From a bacterium (lineage in GTDB: Bacteria; UBA8248), in NCBI GenBank assembly GCA_965219955.1, contig OZ244799.1:3488001-3552000 (forward strand): a stretch of 64,000 nt of DNA, read 5' to 3'. The stretch's first letter is position 1. Each line of letters begins with the position of its first letter. Positions 58,443 to 64,000 of the stretch are shown here, piece by piece. The notes under the pieces were generated by a model, which saw only the letters and a list, made by a program, of their open reading frames with translations, ran no database searches and was not told the origin of the DNA. Position numbers and translations under genes: made by a program.

Positions 58443-58715
58443 GTGATGGAAAACGGTCGATCGGCTCTGGGCATATTCGCCGGGTTTGTTTTCTGGCTCG
58501 GCATCGCCTACTATTTTTATCAGCGCGATTTTACGGGAGCGCTCTGGTTCGTCGCGGCCTTCGGGCTGATATACGGCGTCTATCGCTTGATCGCCCACCT
58601 TCTGGCCTCGAACCCGAAGCCTCGCCACATGCAGGATGAGGATGTCGACCCGCCGCCCCGCTCGGATCTGCCCGAGTATGATTTCGAGGATGCGAAGCCG
58701 AAAGATTTCGAATGA
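58443..58715 (+). CDS. small two-TM membrane protein
   Basis: Two hydrophobic helices, acidic tail. Confidence 0.6.
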   Translation: MMENGRSALGIFAGFVFWLGIAYYFYQRDFTGALWFVAAFGLIYGVYRLIAHLLASNPKPRHMQDEDVDPPPRSDLPEYDFEDAKPKDFE

Positions 58716-58764
58716 TGTGGTTCGGGAATCGGATATCTGCATCCGGGTGGATCAAGCAGTGCGG

Positions 58765-58887
58765 TTCGTAGGGGCGGGCCTCCGTGCCCGCCCTGAATTT
58801 TGTCTGGTTCATTCGACGATTACATATTCATGCCGTAGGGACGGATACAGATAAAGCCGGGCGGGCACGGAGGCCCGCCCCTACGAA
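58765..58887. repeat. inverted pair of GTAG-type REP elements
   Basis: TTCGTAGGGGCGGGCCTCCGTGCCCGCCC and its exact reverse complement at 58859-58887. Confidence 0.9.
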
Positions 58888-58959
58888 ATACGCAATGATT
58901 GTCTTTTCGTTTGGAATTGCCCTTGCCCTGTCCGCCCCCGCGCAAAGATTAAGGCCCAA

Positions 58960-59334
58960 ATGTCCCAGTTCGTCATATACGCCCACAGCGGCGAGCCCGA
59001 GCGCATCCACCAGATAGCCACCCTCGCGGCGAGCGCCGCCGCGAACGGGGAAGAGGTGCACGTGATCCTCTTCTTCGGCGCGCTCAAACGGTTCGTGGAC
59101 GACGATTTGGACGCCGCGCTTCCGGCGGGAGAGGGCGTGCGCGGAGCGCATTCGGCGGAAGAACTCATCGAGTCCGCCAGAAGGCTCGGCAAGCTCAGAG
59201 TCTACGCCTGCGCCGCGCAGCCCAAGCTCCTGGGCCTGGCGCCCGAGGAGGTGGCGGACGTCGTGGACGAGATAATCAGCCTCCCTGAGTTCATGCGGAA
59301 AACGAAAGGGGCGGAGACCAAGCTCTTCATCTGA
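58960..59334 (+). CDS. DsrE/DsrF-like protein
   Basis: A.SAAA.G.EV.V.LFF.AL, VYAC, ends KLFI. Confidence 0.7.
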   Translation: MSQFVIYAHSGEPERIHQIATLAASAAANGEEVHVILFFGALKRFVDDDLDAALPAGEGVRGAHSAEELIESARRLGKLRVYACAAQPKLLGLAPEEVADVVDEIISLPEFMRKTKGAETKLFI

Positions 59335-59463
59335 GCCGGTTTTCCCGCGCCGGTTTTCTTATATCCCTGATAATGTGCTAGACAAGGATGAGCGCGCGGC
59401 GTTTCAGCGCAGCGGCGCACAGGACGTATTGAATTTCTTATTCGATCTCGACAGGAAGGCGAT

Positions 59464-60324
59464 ATGAAATTTCTGACGGCGGCCGCCCAGATAGGCCCCA
59501 GGCTTGGGAATCTCGACGCGAACCGCGAGTTGCTGGCGGATGAGGTAAAAAAGGCCGAGGCGGAAGGCGTCGACCTCCTCGTTTTCCCTGAACTCTCGCT
59601 GACGGGCTATTTCCTGAAGGACATGGTTCCCGAGGTGGCCATCCGGCGCAATACCGCGCCAATGAAGGAAATCGCAGGCTTAAGCAAGAACCTCTCCCTG
59701 GTGGTGGGCTTCGTGGAGGAGTCCGGCAGGCACGGGTTTTTCAATTCCGCGGCCTATTTCGAAAACGGCGAGCTTCTCCACGTGCACCGCAAGGTGTACC
59801 TGCCGACGTACGGTCTCTTCGATGAGAACCGCTACGTGGGCCGGGGAGACAAGGTGCGCGCCTTCGACACCCGCTTCGGCCGCGCGGCCATCCTCATCTG
59901 CGAGGACGCCTGGCACCCGAGCCTGGCGGGGGTCGCTTCGCTCGACGGAGCGGATCTGCTCATCGTTCCCTCGGCGAGCCCCGCGCGCGGCGTCAGCAAG
60001 GCGAACGGCGAGGGCGGCCTCGCGATACAGCGCGTCTGGCAGTCCCTCACGAGAACCTACGCCGCGGCCTACAACCAGCACGTCGTCTTCAGCAACCGGG
60101 TGGGATACGAGGACGGCATCAACTTCTGGGGCGGTTCGGAAATCCTCGCTCCCAGCGGTGAGCCGCTCGCCCAGGCGGAGCGCGCCGACGAGCAGTTGCT
60201 CGTCACGGAAGTCGACACGGCGAACGTGCGGCGCGCGCGCATCGCATCCCCCACGCTCCGGGATGAGGACTTGCACCTCACCCTGCGCGAACTCCGCCGC
60301 ATCCAGCGCTCGCGCGAGGCGTAA
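59464..60324 (+). CDS. nitrilase-superfamily amidohydrolase (likely glutaminase subunit of NAD synthetase)
   Basis: E-K-C triad: FPELS, HRKVYLPTYG.FDE.RY, ICEDAWH; SASP, NRVG.EDG..FWGGS. Confidence 0.88.
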   Translation: MKFLTAAAQIGPRLGNLDANRELLADEVKKAEAEGVDLLVFPELSLTGYFLKDMVPEVAIRRNTAPMKEIAGLSKNLSLVVGFVEESGRHGFFNSAAYFENGELLHVHRKVYLPTYGLFDENRYVGRGDKVRAFDTRFGRAAILICEDAWHPSLAGVASLDGADLLIVPSASPARGVSKANGEGGLAIQRVWQSLTRTYAAAYNQHVVFSNRVGYEDGINFWGGSEILAPSGEPLAQAERADEQLLVTEVDTANVRRARIASPTLRDEDLHLTLRELRRIQRSREA

Positions 60325-60350
60325 AACCCGAGCGAGGAGCGAGGGTTTCC

Positions 60351-61077
60351 TGTAGGGGCGGACCCATGTGTTCGCCCGATTAGAATCGGGAGGACACGCA
60401 GGTCCTCCCCTACGGGTGGTCTCGTCCGAGGTCCGGAGCAGATGCGCTTCTCATCCGCCTGGATTCCACAAACCCTTCCTGCTTGAGGGTTGACCACCGC
60501 CGTCATTCCGGCAATCATTTCCGACCAAGGCGGGAGGGAATGCGGAATCCATTTTTACGCCCTTTGCCTTTCGTCCGGGTTCCCGCGCATCGGCGGGGAA
60601 TGAAACGCCGTCGCGTCTTCACCCGCATCCGCAAATGGATTCCGGGCAATCCCTCCCTCCTTGGTCGGCATTGATTGCCGGAATGACGAACAAAACCACA
60701 CCAAAAGAGGGGTTTGCGCCTACGGTTCAAGGGTAGGGGCGGTTCGCGAACCGCCCCTACGGGGTCTGTTGAAAAAGTCCTCACATCTTCCTCATCCTGA
60801 GTAGCCGCCGAAGGCGGCGTATCGAAGGATGCCTTCTTGCACGACGGGAGACGCCTCCCATCCTTCGATACGGCGCTGGCGCGCCTACTCAGGATGAGGT
60901 TTTGTGGCCGCCTGCGCGGTAGGAAGGAGTATCGCCGAGTAATCCCCAATACCGCCTGCTCCAGAGTCAGGCTTTTTCAACAACCCCCTACGGGAACATT
61001 GCGGATCGGGATGAAAGGACGACCAGACCCTCCCTGGCCGTTTTCGCCTGTAGGGACAGGTCGCGACCTGTCCCTAC
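60351..61077. repeat. composite repeat cluster 5 (GTAG REPs, GTCATTCCGG palindrome pair, MITE 60761-60988)
   Basis: Perfect palindromes 60733-60760 and 61050-61077; imperfect 17-bp TIRs flanked by TAC/TAC. Confidence 0.85.
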
Positions 61078-61132
61078 GAAACCGATTTCCCTCCCCGGTT
61101 GGGAAACCCTTCATCTCCTCTCGGCACTGATC

Positions 61133-61912
61133 TCACGCGTCGCGCCATTCGGTCCTGGAGGGCAGTGCGCCGCCCCGGAAGTTGAACAGTACGGCGGGGG
61201 CGTCGCTCGCGTTGTGAACGGTGTGCCAGGCCCCGCCGGGGGTGTGCACCAGATCGCCTTGTGTAGCTTCTATCGTCTCATCCTCGATGATGAAGTTCAT
61301 GCGTCCTTCCAGCACGAGCGTCGCCTCGTCCATCGCGTTCAGGTGCCTGTGGACGTGCGGCTTCCCGCCCGGAGGGAACGAGACGATCTGGCATTCGAGG
61401 TATTCGGTGGCGATGGCGCGCGAGAGACCTTTCTCTTTGACGGAGCCTGCGTCGAACGGCCCCGTAAGCGAATCGACGTCGCCCCTGATGTAGGGAACGG
61501 GAGGCGCAAGGGGGTTTCGCACCGATTCCGGATCGGGACTGGGGGGCGGGTCGCCTTCCGGCAAAAGGAAGCCCGAGGGCATTTTGCCGCCCCTGAAGTT
61601 GAACTCTATCAGTTCGTCTTCGCCTGTGTTCTTCATGTTGTGCATCGAACCGCGCGGGTTCAGGAGAACGTCGCCCTTCGCGACTTCGAAGGTCTGCCCG
61701 TTGTTGAGGATGAGTCCGCGCCCGTTGTAGATGAGGTAGCCCTCGTCCATCTCCTCGTGATGCGCGTGATAGGGGGGATAGGCGCCCGGCGGAAGGACGA
61801 TGACGCGCACTTCCAGGTTCGGCGTGTCGATGAGGATGGGCGAGCCTTTGCGCATCGCCTCCTCCTGGTCGTAGACCCATTTCAAGTCTTCGATGTTTCC
61901 CACGTATGGCAT
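61133..61912 (-). CDS. bicupin protein
   Basis: Two repeats with P.H.H..MDE and PxGxxH...N motifs. Confidence 0.85.
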   Translation of the reverse strand: MPYVGNIEDLKWVYDQEEAMRKGSPILIDTPNLEVRVIVLPPGAYPPYHAHHEEMDEGYLIYNGRGLILNNGQTFEVAKGDVLLNPRGSMHNMKNTGEDELIEFNFRGGKMPSGFLLPEGDPPPSPDPESVRNPLAPPVPYIRGDVDSLTGPFDAGSVKEKGLSRAIATEYLECQIVSFPPGGKPHVHRHLNAMDEATLVLEGRMNFIIEDETIEATQGDLVHTPGGAWHTVHNASDAPAVLFNFRGGALPSRTEWRDA

Positions 61913-62059
61913 AAGGACTCCATGGAATCGGTGGATGGATGAGAGAAAGGTATCCCCAGGCCTCGGGCGCAGTCAATGGTTCTGGCCGTTGCGCGACTGC
62001 GGACATTGCCTTTGAAGAACTTTGCCGACCGACGAGAGAGAAGAAAGCCATTCCCCCTT

Positions 62060-62377
62060 GAGGACTGCTGAAAAAGGCACCCTTGGTCGGAATTGACCAC
62101 CGCCGTCATTCCGGCGGAAGCCGGAATCCATTTTGACTTTTTATCGGGCGGGGCGGCCACGATTTGTTGTTGGCCGGCGTCCGGATGCGGAATCCGGAGA
62201 ATTCGCCTTTCGTGTTCGATTCCGCTCTTCCCCGTCCGAGAGTAGAGACGTCCGAGCGAGGAGGCGAAAAGGCAAAGGCGAAAATGGATTCCAGCTTTCG
62301 CCGGAACGACGGCCAAAACCCGAAATCGGGCGGAGGCGCAAGCGTCACTACCTCCTCGGGGGTTTTTGAACAGCCCC
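62060..62377. repeat. MITE-like composite repeat cluster 6
   Basis: GGACTGCTGAAAAA ... TTTTTGAACAGCCCC ends; GTCATTCCGGCGGAAGCCGGAATCC pair. Confidence 0.8.
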
Positions 62378-62507
62378 GTGAGCGGTGGATGGGGAAAGGG
62401 CATCCCCCCGCCTCGCGGGCGGCCAATGGCTCCCGGCCGTTGCGCGGCGGGCGGGCGGGAGGCATGATAGGGGCGGAACTTCATGAAACCCTCCTCGAAT
62501 TGGAGAC

Positions 62508-63365
62508 TTGGCCTTGCTGGACGAAGGACTCATCGAAGGCGCGATGGCGGAACTCGAACTCGACGGCGAACTCGCCGCCGGCCTGCTGGCGGGCTTCATT
62601 CGCGATGAGGTCTCGAAAGTCGGCGTCAGGAAACTCGTCCTTGGCCTTTCGGGCGGGATCGACAGCGCGCTCTCCGCTTTCCTGGCCGCGCGCGCCATGG
62701 GGCCCGAGAACGTGACGGGCGTCATCATGCCCTACCGCCTCTCGAATCCCCAGAGCGAGGCGGACGCGCGCGCCGTGGCCGAGAAGAGCAACATCCAAAT
62801 CCGCGTGGTGGACATCTCCCCCCAGGTGGACGCGTATTACGAGCGCTTCCCGGACGCGGACAACCTCCGCCGGGGCAACAAGATGGCGCGCGAGCGGATG
62901 ACGATTCTCTATGATCACTCGGCCTTCCTCGGCGCGCTGGTGGTGGGCACGAGCAACAAGACGGAACTCCTGCTCGGCTACGGGACGCTCTTCGGCGACA
63001 TGGCGAGCGCGGTGAACCCCATCGGCGACCTGTTCAAGACGCAGGTGCGCCAGCTCTCGCGCCACGTCGGCGTGCCCGCGCAGGTGGTGGAGAAGGCCCC
63101 GAGCGCGGACTTGTGGGTGGGCCAGACCGACGAGCAGGAACTCGGCTACACCTACGAGGTGGCCGACGCCGTCCTCTACCGGATGATCGACTGCCGCTAC
63201 ACGCGCGAGGAGCTGCTCGGCGAGGGCTTCCCGCCCGAGCTCGTGGACGGCATCCAGCGGCTGGTGCAGCGCAGCCAGTACAAGCGGCGCCTGCCGCTCA
63301 TCGCCAAGCTCAGCCAGCGGACGATAGACCGAGACTTCCGCTACGCCCGCGACTGGGGGCTGTAA
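62508..63365 (+). CDS. nadE: NAD+ synthetase (synthetase subunit; start may be 62514)
   Basis: [22 protein letters not shown]...GY.T..GD, K.PSADLW.GQTDE.ELG, YKRR. Confidence 0.95.
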   Translation: MALLDEGLIEGAMAELELDGELAAGLLAGFIRDEVSKVGVRKLVLGLSGGIDSALSAFLAARAMGPENVTGVIMPYRLSNPQSEADARAVAEKSNIQIRVVDISPQVDAYYERFPDADNLRRGNKMARERMTILYDHSAFLGALVVGTSNKTELLLGYGTLFGDMASAVNPIGDLFKTQVRQLSRHVGVPAQVVEKAPSADLWVGQTDEQELGYTYEVADAVLYRMIDCRYTREELLGEGFPPELVDGIQRLVQRSQYKRRLPLIAKLSQRTIDRDFRYARDWGL

Positions 63366-63504
63366 GTCCGACGACGCTTGAAGTCTTTTCTCACCTGTGG
63401 CAGTATAATCACCCGAACGTCGATTACTCCTGCTTTATCTCAAACATGCGGCTCAAGACGCGTGGTTTTTTTGAACTCTAGGACTGCAACGACAGGGGGG
63501 CGAA

Positions 63505-63963
63505 ATGGCAGCGCTAAAAGAAGGAGCGAAAGCCCCCGCCTTCGCCTTGAGGGATGAGAACGGCAAGGTGCACCGGCTCTCGAAATACAAGGGCCAGAAG
63601 GTCGTGCTGTACTTCTACCCGAAGGACAACACGCCCGGATGCACGGCGGAGGCGCGGGACTTCAACAAGCAACTGCAGAAGATACACAAGAAGAACGCGA
63701 CCGTAATCGGCGTCAGCCCGGACAACGAGGTCAGCCACAAGAAGTTCTCCGAGCAACTGGAGCTCGACTTCACCCTGCTGGCGGACCCCGACGGACTCAT
63801 CTCGTCCAAATACGGGGCGTACGGCGAGAAGACGCTGTTCGGCGAGAAGTTCAACGGCATCTTCCGAACCACCTACATCATCGACGAGACGGGCGTCATT
63901 GAGAAGGTGTTCAAGGACGTCAAGGTGGCCGGCCATACGAAGGACGTGCTGAAAGCCCTTTAG
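63505..63963 (+). CDS. bcp: peroxiredoxin BCP/PrxQ (no CxxxxC resolving Cys)
   Basis: LYFYPKDNTPGCT.EA, GVSPD, RTTYIID. Confidence 0.93.
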   Translation: MAALKEGAKAPAFALRDENGKVHRLSKYKGQKVVLYFYPKDNTPGCTAEARDFNKQLQKIHKKNATVIGVSPDNEVSHKKFSEQLELDFTLLADPDGLISSKYGAYGEKTLFGEKFNGIFRTTYIIDETGVIEKVFKDVKVAGHTKDVLKAL

Positions 63964-64000
63964 ACGAGCTTTTCAAATCCTTATCGCCTCGCTCCTCCGG

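Overview
High-GC bacterial chromosome segment spanning the replication origin. The origin core is gyrA, gyrB, recF, oriC, dnaA, rpmH, rnpA, yidD, yidC, then mnmE, mnmG, three parS sites, parA, parB and a bactofilin. It also holds a complete ISC Fe-S operon, rsmI, mutY, truD, a ProXWV-type ABC transporter, a split (two-gene) Gln-dependent NAD synthetase, and many catabolic enzymes (CoA transferases, SDRs, LLM, HDAC). The origin cluster is rearranged: dnaN, jag and rsmG are not at their usual positions, and an intact IS1380 sits exactly on the mnmG stop codon. Main observations: (1) a soluble FliG-C / 2x transmembrane-less MotA-like fusion protein directly after yidC; (2) an exported thioredoxin with a UGA-encoded UxxC motif and a SECIS-like hairpin, which the ORF track splits in two; (3) an AT-rich islet with a DUF5678-like / retropepsin-like protease gene pair; (4) a Tat-lipoprotein vanadium haloperoxidase plus porin cassette; (5) a candidate structured RNA leader before a cytochrome c' gene between gyrB and gyrA; (6) modular, nested palindromic repeats and MITEs. 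All family calls come from motif recognition by eye; no searches were run.
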